A stretch of 64,000 nucleotides of DNA from positions 704,001 to 768,000 of the forward strand of contig CBDCUI010000007.1 of NCBI GenBank assembly GCA_965222615.1. Reading direction: 5' to 3'. A program made the position numbers and the translations under genes. Source of the stretch: Gammaproteobacteria bacterium. Lineage in GTDB: Bacteria; Pseudomonadota; Gammaproteobacteria; UBA4575. Numbering within the stretch: position 1 is the first letter of the stretch; every line of letters starts with the position of its first letter. The notes beneath the pieces are model-generated. The model saw only the letters and a list, made by a program, of their open reading frames with translations, did no database searches and was not told where the DNA came from. Below, piece by piece: positions 28,030 through 39,326 of this stretch.

Positions 28030-30198
28030 TTAGCGAACGAGGGTCAATTGTTCGCTGATAATTTTAGGTGTGATGAAAACCAACAATTCCGATTTGTCAT
28101 CTCTTAAGGTAGTGGTTCTAAATAACACGCCAACGAAAGGTAGGTCTGAGAAAAACGGAACCCTACTAACTGAATCGGTTTTATCTTGCTGATAAACGCC
28201 ACCTAGCACGATAGTTTGCCCATTGTCTACCAATACATCGGTCTCAACTTCGTTGGTATCGATGGAAGGAATAAATCCACCAAAACCGGATGGGACCTCT
28301 TCACCCACGCTGTCATTGGTGACTTTGAGTTTCATGGATACGCGATCATCCGGAGTGATCTGGGGGGTGACTTCTAAAGACAACACCGCCTTTTTGAATT
28401 CTACATCGGTAGCACCACTTGAAGTAGCAGATTGAAACGGTATTTCAGTGCCTTGTTCAATACGTGCGGTAGTTTGATTGGATGCGATCACACGCGGAGT
28501 CGATACCACCTCGGCACGACTCTCGGCTTGTGCAGCAGAGATCTCTAAATCGAGTATTAGGCCTAAAGGTAATTTAGCCAGCGCCAAGCCAATACTGCCT
28601 GTCGCACTAGGTGCTGGAAGATTTACATTTAAGCGGTTGTTTAATGAGATGTCTCCACCAAGTCGTGCCTGTTCAGTGCCTTCTAAGTTTCCTGCAACTG
28701 CATCAAAATCATTATCGTTTGCAGGAAGGCGATTATCTTTGTTGGAAATACCAAAGCGTACCCCTAGAGATCTAGTGAAATCATCATTGGCCACAACGAT
28801 GCGTGACTCGATCAGCACTTGTTTAACTGGGATGTCTAGCCGTTGTACCAAACGTCGAATTTCATCCAACTTCTGTGCGGTATCTTGGACTAGTAAATTG
28901 TTGGTACGTTCATCTACCGTGACATTGCCACGCTCAGATAATAAGGTATTGTCAGAAGATTTTAATAATCCAGCCAAATCACTGGCGCGTGCATAATTAA
29001 CTTGAATGAACTCTGAAAGCAGTGGTGCTAATTCTTGCACTTGCTGTTGGGATTCTAGTTCTAGTTTCTCGCGTGCGGCAATTTCTTCACTAGGTGCGAC
29101 ATAAATGACATTGCCATTTTGGCGCTTACCCAAGCCTTTGGTCTTCAAAATGATATCCAAGGCTTGATCCCAAGGAACATTTTTTAAGCGTAAGGTTAAA
29201 TTGCCACTCACGGCATCGCTTACCACCATATTGAGATTGGTAAAATCTGCAATCAGCTGCAACACAGACCGCACTTCGATATCTTGGAAGTTCAGCGATA
29301 GTCTTTCGCCTTCAAATACCTTTTGCTTGCGTTGTGCAACCACTTCTTTTGGTATTTCGCGTACTTCTACTACATATTGATTATCAGACTGATAGGCGAG
29401 ATGCTCGATTTCCTTACTGCTATCCGGTGAGATGACCATTTTGGTGTTGGGCCCATCGGCATAGGTTTCCACCAACTGTATAGGGGTTGCGAAATCAACG
29501 ACGTCCAAACGTTTGCTTAAGTTGCTAGGTAAGGAAGTGTTTTTGAAATCAACCAAAATGCGCCCACCTTGTTCACGTAAATTGATAGGGATATTAGGAT
29601 TGGAAAGTCCGATTACAACCCGTCCTACTCCACCCTCTCCACGACGAAAATCCACAGTATTGATATTAAAGGCACCACTGGATGTTTGTCTTGCGACTGG
29701 AGAGGTGGCCCCTGTACTTCTGGTAATTTGTGCTTGACTTGATCCTCCGGCATCTGAGCCGATAGTTAATATAAAATTATTTCCAGAAATATTCGTAGTG
29801 TAATCATCCAATCTAGTTAAATTTACTACAACTCGCGTTCGGCCATTTGCTTCAGCGGTATTTACACTTTGTGCTACGCCAACGTCAATTTTTTGGAATC
29901 GATCGGCTAAAGCATTTTCTGTGGCGGCAAAATCTAATGCAATTCGAGCTGGGTTATCAATGGTAAAAGCGAGTGGTTCAGTTGGAGTTCCACTAAATTG
30001 AAAGGACAATTGGATTTGGTCATTAGGCAAGCTTGAAACTTTAATGTCTTGCAGTGCATTTTGTGCATGAGCAACTGAAGCTAAAATAAAAAGCAAACTT
30101 AACAATGCAGCTTTTTGTATACGCGCATTGAATTTTGCACAAAATACAAAAGAAGCCTTTATTTTAGATTTACCTAAGCTTTGATTTATATAATTCAT
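28030..30198 (-). CDS. pilQ: Type IV pilus secretin
   Basis: AMIN domains, LSLNFQDIEVRSVLQ, VPWDQALD, secretin domain. Operon context. Confidence 0.97.
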   Translation of the reverse strand: MNYINQSLGKSKIKASFVFCAKFNARIQKAALLSLLFILASVAHAQNALQDIKVSSLPNDQIQLSFQFSGTPTEPLAFTIDNPARIALDFAATENALADRFQKIDVGVAQSVNTAEANGRTRVVVNLTRLDDYTTNISGNNFILTIGSDAGGSSQAQITRSTGATSPVARQTSSGAFNINTVDFRRGEGGVGRVVIGLSNPNIPINLREQGGRILVDFKNTSLPSNLSKRLDVVDFATPIQLVETYADGPNTKMVISPDSSKEIEHLAYQSDNQYVVEVREIPKEVVAQRKQKVFEGERLSLNFQDIEVRSVLQLIADFTNLNMVVSDAVSGNLTLRLKNVPWDQALDIILKTKGLGKRQNGNVIYVAPSEEIAAREKLELESQQQVQELAPLLSEFIQVNYARASDLAGLLKSSDNTLLSERGNVTVDERTNNLLVQDTAQKLDEIRRLVQRLDIPVKQVLIESRIVVANDDFTRSLGVRFGISNKDNRLPANDNDFDAVAGNLEGTEQARLGGDISLNNRLNVNLPAPSATGSIGLALAKLPLGLILDLEISAAQAESRAEVVSTPRVIASNQTTARIEQGTEIPFQSATSSGATDVEFKKAVLSLEVTPQITPDDRVSMKLKVTNDSVGEEVPSGFGGFIPSIDTNEVETDVLVDNGQTIVLGGVYQQDKTDSVSRVPFFSDLPFVGVLFRTTTLRDDKSELLVFITPKIISEQLTLVR

Positions 30199-30274
30199 GG
30201 CACAATGCCCCTTCGTATTAAACTTTCCCTAGTAAATTAGTATGTGTTTTATCACAACTACTTTAATTAATCAT

Positions 30275-30823
30275 TCATTCACTCAACGCAATAGAACCAT
30301 CGCGTTTTCGCCATCCGCCAAAGCCATCTGGAATAATTTCTTCTATTTTTAACCCCGCGTCTGACACTTCTATAACCTTGCCATTATTTTGGCCTAAATA
30401 ATTACCTGTAGAAATCCTTTGTATGGTTTTCTCAGGCGTTTGAATCAGAGCCCATAAACTTCCTCTTTGCTGCATGGTGCCTACCATGCGTAGCGTGTCC
30501 AAAGGAAAGCTTTCAAGAAATTCTGGGGTTCGATTTGGATCTGGTGAAATTGTGGAATTTGGTTTTCTAATTTTCTCTACAATTTTAGCCTGAAAGATTG
30601 TGGTATCGAAAGGATCACGCTGATTGCTGACTTGATATTTGTATATCTGATAAGGCTTCACTTCTGGTATAGGGTCGATGCCAGGAGGCTCGCGTGACTT
30701 TACCTCTTCGACAAAATCTTCTAAGTCGCGCATCTCGCGTCCACAACCGGCAATTAAAGTAACCAAAGTAAGCACCACTGCAATCAAAAGTGGATGCAGA
30801 TGAGATGCTGTCTTAGTACTCAT
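30275..30823 (-). CDS. pilP: Type IV pilus lipoprotein
   Basis: Lipobox IAGC, RDPF, LESFPLDTLRMVGT, GNYLGQN. Confidence 0.95.
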   Translation of the reverse strand: MSTKTASHLHPLLIAVVLTLVTLIAGCGREMRDLEDFVEEVKSREPPGIDPIPEVKPYQIYKYQVSNQRDPFDTTIFQAKIVEKIRKPNSTISPDPNRTPEFLESFPLDTLRMVGTMQQRGSLWALIQTPEKTIQRISTGNYLGQNNGKVIEVSDAGLKIEEIIPDGFGGWRKRDGSIALSE

Positions 30824-31404
30824 TCCTCATCCTCTTCTAAATAGCGGTAGGTCTTTACCGTTGCCGTCATGGTCATTTTTTCTTCACTAGGAGTAAGTGA
30901 AATATTATGCAGTGTTACAATACGTGGCAAGGCTGCAATTTCACTAGCGAACGTTCCAAACTGATGGTAATCGCCGCGCACACGCAAATCGATAGGTTTT
31001 TCCGCATAAAACTCTTTAATGGATTCGGCCTGCGGTTTAAACAATTCAATTTCTAAACCACTGGAAAGACCGGTTTGTGAGATGTCGACGATCAGCGCGG
31101 GGATCTCAGTCTTACTGGGTAACTGGCGTAACAAGGTACCAAAAGTTCTGCGCATCTCTTCTAGCTGCACTTTGTATAACTCAAGGTTCGCTGCCTTTTC
31201 CGCCTTATTCTCAAACGTTTTTCTGAGTTCTTGTTCCTTGGCCTTGACGCGAGTTAAACTTTCCAGTTGATTTTTGTGATGTAAATAATATCCGGCAAAT
31301 AAAATTCCGAAGCAGATGAGGCCTATCATTAACACCTTTAATGGCAACGGTGCCGTGCCAATATTGTTAAGGTTTGTGCTTCTTATGTCGTCAAGAAAAC
31401 TCAT
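30820..31404 (-). CDS. pilO: Type IV pilus assembly protein
   Basis: LLRQLPSKTEIP, GDYHQFGTF, LPRIVTL, TYRY. Confidence 0.95.
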   Translation of the reverse strand: MSFLDDIRSTNLNNIGTAPLPLKVLMIGLICFGILFAGYYLHHKNQLESLTRVKAKEQELRKTFENKAEKAANLELYKVQLEEMRRTFGTLLRQLPSKTEIPALIVDISQTGLSSGLEIELFKPQAESIKEFYAEKPIDLRVRGDYHQFGTFASEIAALPRIVTLHNISLTPSEEKMTMTATVKTYRYLEEDEE

Positions 31405-31406
31405 GC

Positions 31407-31976
31407 TTATTCTTCTTCAGAATTTTTTTCTTTATTCGGATCTGTCTGGGCCGCAGTTAGATTAAAATCACTAATACGGGCGAGTTCCGTTTCTTTAGTT
31501 TCGATCACTCCCAGGCTAGGATTTGTTAACCAGTCTGATTCTTCGATATTGCGCATATAAGACGAGACTCGTGCATTAGACTCCGCCCTACCTGCAATCT
31601 GTAAATTACTTTCGGCTTGCTTGAGACTAGTTAGATGTACACCATCAGGCAGGGTAGTCACCAGTTCATCAAATAAGTGCACAATACCTGGGCGCGTAGC
31701 TTGCAGGTTTTGAATAACTTCCATGCGCTCGATCAGTGCTTGTCTGGTTGAGTCTAGCTTCTTAATCTCCTTAATTTTGTCGTCGAGAATCTTAATCTCA
31801 TTGGTGAGATATTGATTGCGTCGTTCTTGGTGATTAATTCTGCCGTTAATTTCAAAATGCGTTAGCAGTACGACCACAGCACATAATGCAGCCGCCAAAC
31901 CCATCAACGTGAAAAATTCTTTTTGTTGTTCGCGTCGACGCGTTTCTCGCCAGGGTAATAAGTTAATTCTTGCCAT
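31407..31976 (-). CDS. pilN: Type IV pilus assembly protein
   Basis: N-terminal INLLPWRE motif. Confidence 0.96.
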   Translation of the reverse strand: MARINLLPWRETRRREQQKEFFTLMGLAAALCAVVVLLTHFEINGRINHQERRNQYLTNEIKILDDKIKEIKKLDSTRQALIERMEVIQNLQATRPGIVHLFDELVTTLPDGVHLTSLKQAESNLQIAGRAESNARVSSYMRNIEESDWLTNPSLGVIETKETELARISDFNLTAAQTDPNKEKNSEEE

Positions 31977-31977
31977 C

Positions 31978-33039
31978 TTAATCGAATGCCCGTAACGCTA
32001 ATCCGCAAGCAATTAACATAGAAGGTGCATCACTACCCAATGCTTGTGGGTTAATTTTAGAGCCGAGGGAAAGCTGGCTAAAGGGATTTGCAATCGTAGT
32101 GGTAATACCTACTTCATTTGCGATTTTTTCATCAAGACCTGGAATTGCTGCACAGCCACCAGCTAAAAGTAGATGATCAACATTTACATGTTGACTGGCT
32201 GAATAGTAAAACTGTAAAAAGCGATTCGCCTGTTGTGCTGCAGTATTTTTAAATGGTTCTAATAAATCAGAGACGTAATTTTCTGGTAGCCCACCCTCTT
32301 TTTTTGCTAAACCTGCCTCTTCAAAGGTAAGTCCGTATTGGTGCATGATTTCTTCCGTGAGTTGTTTGCCACCGAAAGGTTGCTCCCGTGTATACACCAT
32401 TTTGTGGTCCTGAATAATATTAAGGCTGGTCATTGTGGCACCAATATCAAGTACCGCAACCGTTTTCCCCATACCTTGATTTTCAACCGTGTCCGTAATC
32501 AACGGAAATACGTTTTCAATTGCATAAGCCTCAACATCAACTACGATAGGGGTGAGTCCTGCAGCTTCTGCAGCAGCAACGCGCATGTCTACGTTTTCAC
32601 TACGTGAAGCAGCCAATAGTACATCAATCGTTTCCGGATTATCTTCGGTAGGTCCGAGCACATCAAAATCTAGATTTACCTCTTCTAATGCATAAGGGAT
32701 GTATTGGTCGGCTTCTAATTGTATTTGTCCTTCCAATTCTTCTTCATTGAGGTTGGCAGGCATATTGATCACTTTGGTGATGACCGCAGAGCCCGCTACG
32801 GCTAAACAACAATTCTTGGCTTTGGAACTTGATTTCTTCATGACTTGTCGAATGCTTTCACCTACGGCATCGACATCTGAAATCACTTTTTCGGTAACGG
32901 CATTGGGGGGCAAGGCTTCGACACCATAATGGTCTACACGATAACCACTATTCGTTTGCGAAAATTCCATCGCTTTAACTGACGAAGAGCTAATATCTAT
33001 ACCAATTACGGGTCCCTTATTTTTGTTGAACAGAAGCAC
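31978..33039 (-). CDS. pilM: Type IV pilus assembly protein, actin-like
   Basis: IGIDISSSSVK, YIPY..EEVNLDF, LDIGA, LAGG, ACGLALR. Confidence 0.96.
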   Translation of the reverse strand: MLLFNKNKGPVIGIDISSSSVKAMEFSQTNSGYRVDHYGVEALPPNAVTEKVISDVDAVGESIRQVMKKSSSKAKNCCLAVAGSAVITKVINMPANLNEEELEGQIQLEADQYIPYALEEVNLDFDVLGPTEDNPETIDVLLAASRSENVDMRVAAAEAAGLTPIVVDVEAYAIENVFPLITDTVENQGMGKTVAVLDIGATMTSLNIIQDHKMVYTREQPFGGKQLTEEIMHQYGLTFEEAGLAKKEGGLPENYVSDLLEPFKNTAAQQANRFLQFYYSASQHVNVDHLLLAGGCAAIPGLDEKIANEVGITTTIANPFSQLSLGSKINPQALGSDAPSMLIACGLALRAFD

Positions 33040-33221
33040 GATTTTATTAATCTAACTAGTTTTACGATAGTTATAAATAAGTATTATATGTCTGTATTAA
33101 AGAATATACGTAACTCTATATCAATCGGAGGGTTAAGCAAAATACTTGCTGTACCGCTTAAATTAGGTTTTGATATCGAATTCGATCGATAATTTACTAC
33201 AGCAATGATCATTGTAAGGTT

Positions 33222-35684
33222 ATGCCCTTGTTTTTAAAGCTATTACGCCTAATATTCATCGGATTTTTCGGGATGTCCGTCGCAGCGGGGATCGTAGCTT
33301 TGGGTACCTATATCTACTTCGCACCTGGCCTACCCAGTGTAGCCACGCTCAAGGATGTAGAACTCCAGGTGCCACTTAGGGTGTACAGTCGTGATGCCAA
33401 GCTCATTGCGGTGTATGGAGAAAAACGCCGTCAGCCGCTCAAATATGGTGAATTTCCGCAGCAAGTGATCCAAGCGTTTCTGGCGGCTGAAGATGATCGG
33501 TTTTTTGAACATCCTGGGGTGGATTATCAAGGTCTGATTCGCGCCGCTATCGATGTTTTGCTTACTGGCGAGAAGCGTCAAGGTGGCAGTACCATTACTA
33601 TGCAGTTAGCGAGAAATTTCTTTTTAGGTAACGAACGAACCTATGTGCGTAAGTTGAGGGAAATATTATTAGCGCTTAGAGTTGAGCATGAGTTAACTAA
33701 AAACGAAATTTTAGAGCTCTACTTAAATAAAATCTACTTAGGTAATCGTGCCTATGGCGTTGGAGCGGCAGCGGATGTCTATTATGGCCTCGGCCTTGAC
33801 GAGCTCAATATTGCCCAAGTAGCGATGATTGCTGGTTTGCCTAAAGCTCCCTCACGCTACAATCCCATTATCAATCCAGACCGCGCTTTGTTACGTCGTA
33901 ACTACGTACTAGGCAGAATGCATGAGCTACGCTTTATTGATAATACGACGTATCAAGATGCAATCGACACGCCGGTTACGGCATCGCGACATTATCCACG
34001 CGTGGAGGCCAATGCCCCCTATATAGGCGAGATGGCAAGGGCCTATATTGTCGAAACCTATGGAAAAGATGCCTATAATAAAGGCTTCCATGTCTATACG
34101 ACCATTGACACAAAGCTACAAGAAACGGCAAAACGTGCACTTAAGAATGGTCTGCTTAATTATGATAAGCGACACGGTTTCCGTGGTCCGGAAACAAATA
34201 TTGGAGACATTTTCTCTGATTCAACAGAGCTAAATTTTGAACTAATAGATGAAGCTTTAACTGAACTGCACGAAATTGGTGGCCTCGTTCCGGCTATCGT
34301 GACTAAGGTTGAAGATACCAAGGTCGAATTTTATTTAGGTGGAGAGCGCTTAGGAAATTTATCGATAGACCAAGTTAAATGGGCCAAGCCCTATCTAAAT
34401 GAAAATGCGGTAGATAAAGAGCCACAAAGCTTTACTACAATATTTAAACCAGGAGATGTGATTCGAGTAGTAGAAAGCGACACGAATCAGTGGACTTTGA
34501 GTCAAGTTCCAGAAGTATCAGGTTCATTTGTTGCCATCGATCCACAAAACGGCAGTATTCTGGCTTTAGTAGGCGGCTTTGATTACAACCATAGTAAATT
34601 TAATCGTGCCATTCAGGCAAAACGTCAACCTGGTTCAAGCTTTAAACCTTTTATTTACTCGGCGGCATTAGAATCTGGCTATACGCCGGCAAGTATTATT
34701 AATGATGCGCCTGTCGTGTTTGAAGATGTGGCGCTGGAAGACACCTGGCGGCCGCAAAATTACAGTGGCAAGTTCTTTGGACCCACACGTTTACGAGATG
34801 CGCTCACCAAGTCACGCAATATGGTTTCAATTCGTTTATTAAAAGATATCGGTCGTCGACATGCCATGCAGCATGTCAATAAATTTGGTTTCGATCCAGA
34901 GCAACTTCCATATGACTTAACACTTGCGCTTGGTTCAGGTGCAGTGACGCCACTTGAGTTGGCAACGGGCTATGCGGTATTTGCCAATGGTGGTTACTAC
35001 ATTGAACCCTATATGATTGAGCGTATAGAAGATGCAAAAGGAAAGGTGTTATATCGATCTAGCCCGTTGATGGTATGTGAAGCAGATTGTCAGGCTCTAC
35101 AGAAACAAATGGAGTTAGAAGATAGTGAAATCTCCATCGATGATACGGAAGAAGATTCTGCGGTCACCGTTGCGATTCGTTCAGCAAAACGTGTGTTATC
35201 ACGAGAAAATGCCTATCAAATGGTAAGTATGATGCAAGATGTAATCCGGCGTGGTACGGGTTCCAAGGCCCGCGAAATTGGGCGCAATGATATCGCTGGT
35301 AAAACAGGTACTACCAATGATCAGCATGATGCATGGTTCAGTGGTTTCAATGGTGATTATGTCGCGACTGCTTGGGTGGGATTTGATCAGCTTAAGCCTC
35401 TTGGCAAAAGAGAAGTGGGTGGCGTCGCGGCTCTACCTATATGGATCGAATTTATGCGCTCGGCTTTGGAAGGTAAACCGGAGCATACGCTTGAACAGCC
35501 TGCGGGTATTGTTACTTTGCGAATCGATCCAGAGACTGGGCTTTTAGTCGATCAAGATAGCAATCAGGGCATTGAAGAGACTTTCCGTGAAGAGTATATG
35601 CCAACGTTGAGTGCAGAAATTGATAATCAATCCACCTATATAGAAAGTGGCGAAGAAATGGAAATTCCAGAGCAGCTATTTTAA
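33222..35684 (+). CDS. mrcA: Penicillin-binding protein 1A
   Basis: Transglycosylase EDDRFFEH and GGSTITMQL; transpeptidase SSFK, SRN and KTG. Divergent from pilM. Confidence 0.96.
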   Translation: MPLFLKLLRLIFIGFFGMSVAAGIVALGTYIYFAPGLPSVATLKDVELQVPLRVYSRDAKLIAVYGEKRRQPLKYGEFPQQVIQAFLAAEDDRFFEHPGVDYQGLIRAAIDVLLTGEKRQGGSTITMQLARNFFLGNERTYVRKLREILLALRVEHELTKNEILELYLNKIYLGNRAYGVGAAADVYYGLGLDELNIAQVAMIAGLPKAPSRYNPIINPDRALLRRNYVLGRMHELRFIDNTTYQDAIDTPVTASRHYPRVEANAPYIGEMARAYIVETYGKDAYNKGFHVYTTIDTKLQETAKRALKNGLLNYDKRHGFRGPETNIGDIFSDSTELNFELIDEALTELHEIGGLVPAIVTKVEDTKVEFYLGGERLGNLSIDQVKWAKPYLNENAVDKEPQSFTTIFKPGDVIRVVESDTNQWTLSQVPEVSGSFVAIDPQNGSILALVGGFDYNHSKFNRAIQAKRQPGSSFKPFIYSAALESGYTPASIINDAPVVFEDVALEDTWRPQNYSGKFFGPTRLRDALTKSRNMVSIRLLKDIGRRHAMQHVNKFGFDPEQLPYDLTLALGSGAVTPLELATGYAVFANGGYYIEPYMIERIEDAKGKVLYRSSPLMVCEADCQALQKQMELEDSEISIDDTEEDSAVTVAIRSAKRVLSRENAYQMVSMMQDVIRRGTGSKAREIGRNDIAGKTGTTNDQHDAWFSGFNGDYVATAWVGFDQLKPLGKREVGGVAALPIWIEFMRSALEGKPEHTLEQPAGIVTLRIDPETGLLVDQDSNQGIEETFREEYMPTLSAEIDNQSTYIESGEEMEIPEQLF

Positions 35685-36306
35685 AGCCGTGGAGCATAAA
35701 AAAAATGATCGATTAAGAAAAATGCTTGCGCATGAAGCTGCAAAGATCATTGCTACCGAGGGTGTATGTGATTTCCAACAAGCAAAACGTAAGGCCTGTG
35801 AACGTATAGGTAACTCTAATCGCGGATCTTTGCCCAGTAATAGCGAAATTGAACAGGCAGTATGTTCTTTTCAGCACACTTTTTTGCTTGATCATGATGC
35901 CATACTTGCACAACAACGCAAGACGGCACTTACTATTATGCGCTGGTTGCGAGAATATTCTCCCTATTTAGTAGGCCCAGTATTGGAAGGCACCGCTCAT
36001 GCCAACACCGCGATTACTATTCATGTTTCATCGGATGTGGTAGAAGAAGTAGTAGAAATAATTGAACGTAATGATATTGATTTAAAAATAGAAGAGCGAC
36101 GTCTGAAGTTTGGTAAAGAAACTGCCTATTTGCCAACTATAGTGTTTTTTTTCCAAGAAAATGAAATTGCAGTTACAATTTTTACCTTACGCCAACAACA
36201 TCAGGTTCCCAAAAGTAAAATTAAAAACCGTAGCTTGCAAAGGATGAATTTAAAAAACCTAGAAAATTTACTAGCAAAAGCCGAAACTAGTGATAGGCAG
36301 GACTGA
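35647..36306 (+). CDS. Conserved hypothetical protein (nucleotidyltransferase-like fold suspected)
   Basis: [21 protein letters not shown] and [12 protein letters not shown] motifs of a family often found after ponA. Start may be GTG near 35689. Confidence 0.7.
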   Translation: MAKKWKFQSSYFKAVEHKKNDRLRKMLAHEAAKIIATEGVCDFQQAKRKACERIGNSNRGSLPSNSEIEQAVCSFQHTFLLDHDAILAQQRKTALTIMRWLREYSPYLVGPVLEGTAHANTAITIHVSSDVVEEVVEIIERNDIDLKIEERRLKFGKETAYLPTIVFFFQENEIAVTIFTLRQQHQVPKSKIKNRSLQRMNLKNLENLLAKAETSDRQD

Positions 36307-37348
36307 GTTCTTTCACAGCCTCCACTAAAACAGTGACTTTTTCAGGATCAACAAATTGTTGAATCCCATGTCCTAAGTTAAAGACATGTCCACTACCATG
36401 TCCAAACTTATCTAATATTTTTTTTACCTCCGTTCGAATAACATCATCACCTGCATATAAAACATTAGGATCTAAGTTACCTTGCAGCGCAACTTTTTCA
36501 CCAACCAAAGCACGCGCTTGGTCAATTTCGGTAGTCCAATCTAGGCCTAATGCATGACAACCTGTTGCAGCCATTTCATTGAGCCAATTTCCGCCACCTT
36601 TCGTGAATAGAATGATTGGCACATTAGTTTCAGAGTTTATATGCATGAGATTTGCAACTATTTTTTGCATAGGAGAGAGTGAAAATTTGAGATACGCTTC
36701 TTTGGATAATACCCCTCCCCAAGTATCAAAAATCATCACGGCCTGAACGCCAGCGTCAATTTGCGCACGTAAGTAATCGCTAACTGCAATCGCTAAAATC
36801 TCTAACAACTGTTTTAGTATTTGTGGTTCTTTATACAGCATGGTCTTAATGTTGCGAAACTCTCGACTACTTTGACCTTCAACCATATAAGTAGCCAGTG
36901 TCCAAGGACTGCCTGAGAATCCGATTAGGGGTACTCTCCCATTTAGTTCTTGTCGAATTAAACGCACTGCATCGAACACATATGCGAGATCATTGATGGG
37001 CTTTAGTGTTGCAATACGTTTGATGTCACCCACACTGCTTATCGGCTTGCTGAATTTAGGTCCTTCGCCTTCACTGAAATACAGACCCAAGCCCATCGCG
37101 TCAGGGATGGTTAATATGTCAGAAAATAAAATCGCTGCATCCAGATCATAACGCCCCAATGGTTGCAGTGTTACTTCACAAGCAAGTTCGGGTGTTTTAC
37201 AAAGCGTTAAAAAATTCCCTGCCCGTTTGCGTGTCTCCCGATATTCCGGCAAATAACGGCCTGCTTGACGCATAATCCACAGGGGCGTGCGTTCAATAGG
37301 CTGCTTTAAGAGCGCACGTAAAAAAAGATCGTTTTGTAAATCGGACAT
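36287..37348 (-). CDS. hemE: Uroporphyrinogen decarboxylase
   Basis: [39 protein letters not shown]. Confidence 0.98.
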   Translation of the reverse strand: MSDLQNDLFLRALLKQPIERTPLWIMRQAGRYLPEYRETRKRAGNFLTLCKTPELACEVTLQPLGRYDLDAAILFSDILTIPDAMGLGLYFSEGEGPKFSKPISSVGDIKRIATLKPINDLAYVFDAVRLIRQELNGRVPLIGFSGSPWTLATYMVEGQSSREFRNIKTMLYKEPQILKQLLEILAIAVSDYLRAQIDAGVQAVMIFDTWGGVLSKEAYLKFSLSPMQKIVANLMHINSETNVPIILFTKGGGNWLNEMAATGCHALGLDWTTEIDQARALVGEKVALQGNLDPNVLYAGDDVIRTEVKKILDKFGHGSGHVFNLGHGIQQFVDPEKVTVLVEAVKELSPAYH

Positions 37349-37461
37349 GAGTCTATAGTTGCTTGTAGTGATATGGAATAACTATAGATGATCTACTTGT
37401 TACTACAAATGCAGATTATCTAATATCAATTTAATTGCAGTACTAACGGTTTCTGTTGGTA

Positions 37462-37911
37462 CTAACTATTCAATTTAGTCTTTATTTTAGCGCTCACTTT
37501 TCCCATATCTGCTCTGCCAGTAAGTTTGGGTTTCAGGATTCCCATGACTTTCCCCATGTCTTTAATGCTGGTGGCACCACTCGCAGACAAGGCTTCGCCA
37601 ATTAGTTCATCTATTTCGTCTTCACTCAATGCTTTGGGCAGATATGTATTGATCAATGCCAGTTCTTGTACTTCTTTGTCTACTAAATCCTGGCGATTGG
37701 CTTTTTCAAATTGAGTAATAGATTCACGGCGTTGTTTTTGCATTTTTGTTAACACATTGATGATGTCGTCATCGCTAAGTTCTTTACGTGTATCTACTTC
37801 TTGCTGTTTAACTGCAGCAAGGATTAAACGAATCGTTTGCAGTGAAGACTTTTCTCCACTACGCATAGCAGACTTCATGTCTTCAGTGAGCTTAGATTTT
37901 AGAGTTGACAC
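37462..37911 (-). CDS. GatB/YqeY domain protein
   Basis: MKSAMR, KQRRESITQF, KDMGKVMG, GRADMG. Follows rpsU. Confidence 0.93.
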   Translation of the reverse strand: MSTLKSKLTEDMKSAMRSGEKSSLQTIRLILAAVKQQEVDTRKELSDDDIINVLTKMQKQRRESITQFEKANRQDLVDKEVQELALINTYLPKALSEDEIDELIGEALSASGATSIKDMGKVMGILKPKLTGRADMGKVSAKIKTKLNS

Positions 37912-37935
37912 CAGCGAGGTGTTAGAAATATTCAG

Positions 37936-38151
37936 TTAATACAAGCGGCGGCGGCGCAGGCTCGTTCGAGCTACGCGCTTGAGATTACGCTTGACTGCAG
38001 CAGCAGCTTTGCGTTTGCGGACCTCAGTTGGCTTTTCATAATACTCGCGTCTACGTACTTCAGTGATAGTGCCAGCTTTCTCACAGGAACGACGAAAACG
38101 TCGCAATGCGAAATCGAAAGGTTCATTTTCTTTTACACGTACACCTGGCAT
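37936..38151 (-). CDS. rpsU: 30S ribosomal protein S21
   Basis: [24 protein letters not shown]...YEKPT. Confidence 0.98.
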   Translation of the reverse strand: MPGVRVKENEPFDFALRRFRRSCEKAGTITEVRRREYYEKPTEVRKRKAAAAVKRNLKRVARTSLRRRRLY

Positions 38152-38315
38152 ATGAATTAGCTATTGTTAAAAAGTCAACTTTTGCAATCAAAAAGAGCCG
38201 CGATTATACCGATAGGCCTCGATAATTCAAATATTTAAGCTTAAAGCCTATAAATATCACGACCGAAATAAAACCGAGGCTGTGTATTACGTGAATTCAC
38301 GTGATAATACTGCGT

Positions 38316-39326
38316 ATGCGTGTACTAGGGATTGAAACTTCATGCGATGAAACTGCTGTCGCGATCATTTGCGAGGAATCTGGTTTGCTCGCGAATCAGA
38401 TCTACTCACAAACCTCTTTGCATAATGAATATGGCGGCGTAGTGCCTGAGCTTGCCTCACGTGATCACATACGAAAACTAGGGCCTTTGATTAGGCAGGC
38501 TTTGCAGCAGGCACAGCTCGCGAGTATCCAGGAGGTCGATGCGATTGCCTACACTTCTGGGCCTGGCTTGATGGGGGCGTTGTTTGTTGGCGCGGGTGTG
38601 GGTAGGAGTCTGGCTTGGGCCATGGGGAAACCGGCGATTGCGGTACACCATATGGAAGCACATCTACTCGCGCCGTTGTTGGAAGAAGTTGCGCCAGACT
38701 ATCCTTATGTCGCTTTACTGGTGTCAGGTGGGCATACCTTGTTAGTGAAAGTTAAAGCTGTTGGCAACTATAAAATTCTAGGTGAAAGCATCGATGATGC
38801 CGTAGGGGAAGCATTTGATAAGGTCGCAAAAATGCTGGGCTTAGCCTATCCAGGCGGTCCTGCCATTGCCAAATTAGCCGTACAGGGAAATCCCAAGCGC
38901 TTTAATTTTCCAAGACCCATGATTGATCGCGCAGATTTAAATTTTAGTTTTAGTGGTTTAAAGACTCATGTGTTGCACACTTTACAAGGATGCGAAGATC
39001 TCGATGAGCAAACTCGTGCCGATGTGGCCTGTGCATTTGAGGATGCAGTCGTCGATACATTAATTATAAAAGCTGAGCGTGCACTTATGGCATGTGATGC
39101 AAAAACATTGGTAGTAGCAGGGGGAGTAGGTGCCAATTTGAAATTGCGTCAGCAATTGAAACAACGCTTACAGAAGAAGGCGGTTCAGGTATTTTATCCT
39201 AAACCGGAATTTTGTACTGATAATGCCGCGATGGTTGCTCAATTGGGTTTATTACGCATACAAAATGGTTATCAGGAGCCCTTGCGTATCAAAGTACAGC
39301 CACGTTGGTCCCTCGAAGATATCTAA
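38316..39326 (+). CDS. tsaD: tRNA N6-threonylcarbamoyladenosine transferase
   Basis: [45 protein letters not shown]. Confidence 0.98.
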   Translation: MRVLGIETSCDETAVAIICEESGLLANQIYSQTSLHNEYGGVVPELASRDHIRKLGPLIRQALQQAQLASIQEVDAIAYTSGPGLMGALFVGAGVGRSLAWAMGKPAIAVHHMEAHLLAPLLEEVAPDYPYVALLVSGGHTLLVKVKAVGNYKILGESIDDAVGEAFDKVAKMLGLAYPGGPAIAKLAVQGNPKRFNFPRPMIDRADLNFSFSGLKTHVLHTLQGCEDLDEQTRADVACAFEDAVVDTLIIKAERALMACDAKTLVVAGGVGANLKLRQQLKQRLQKKAVQVFYPKPEFCTDNAAMVAQLGLLRIQNGYQEPLRIKVQPRWSLEDI

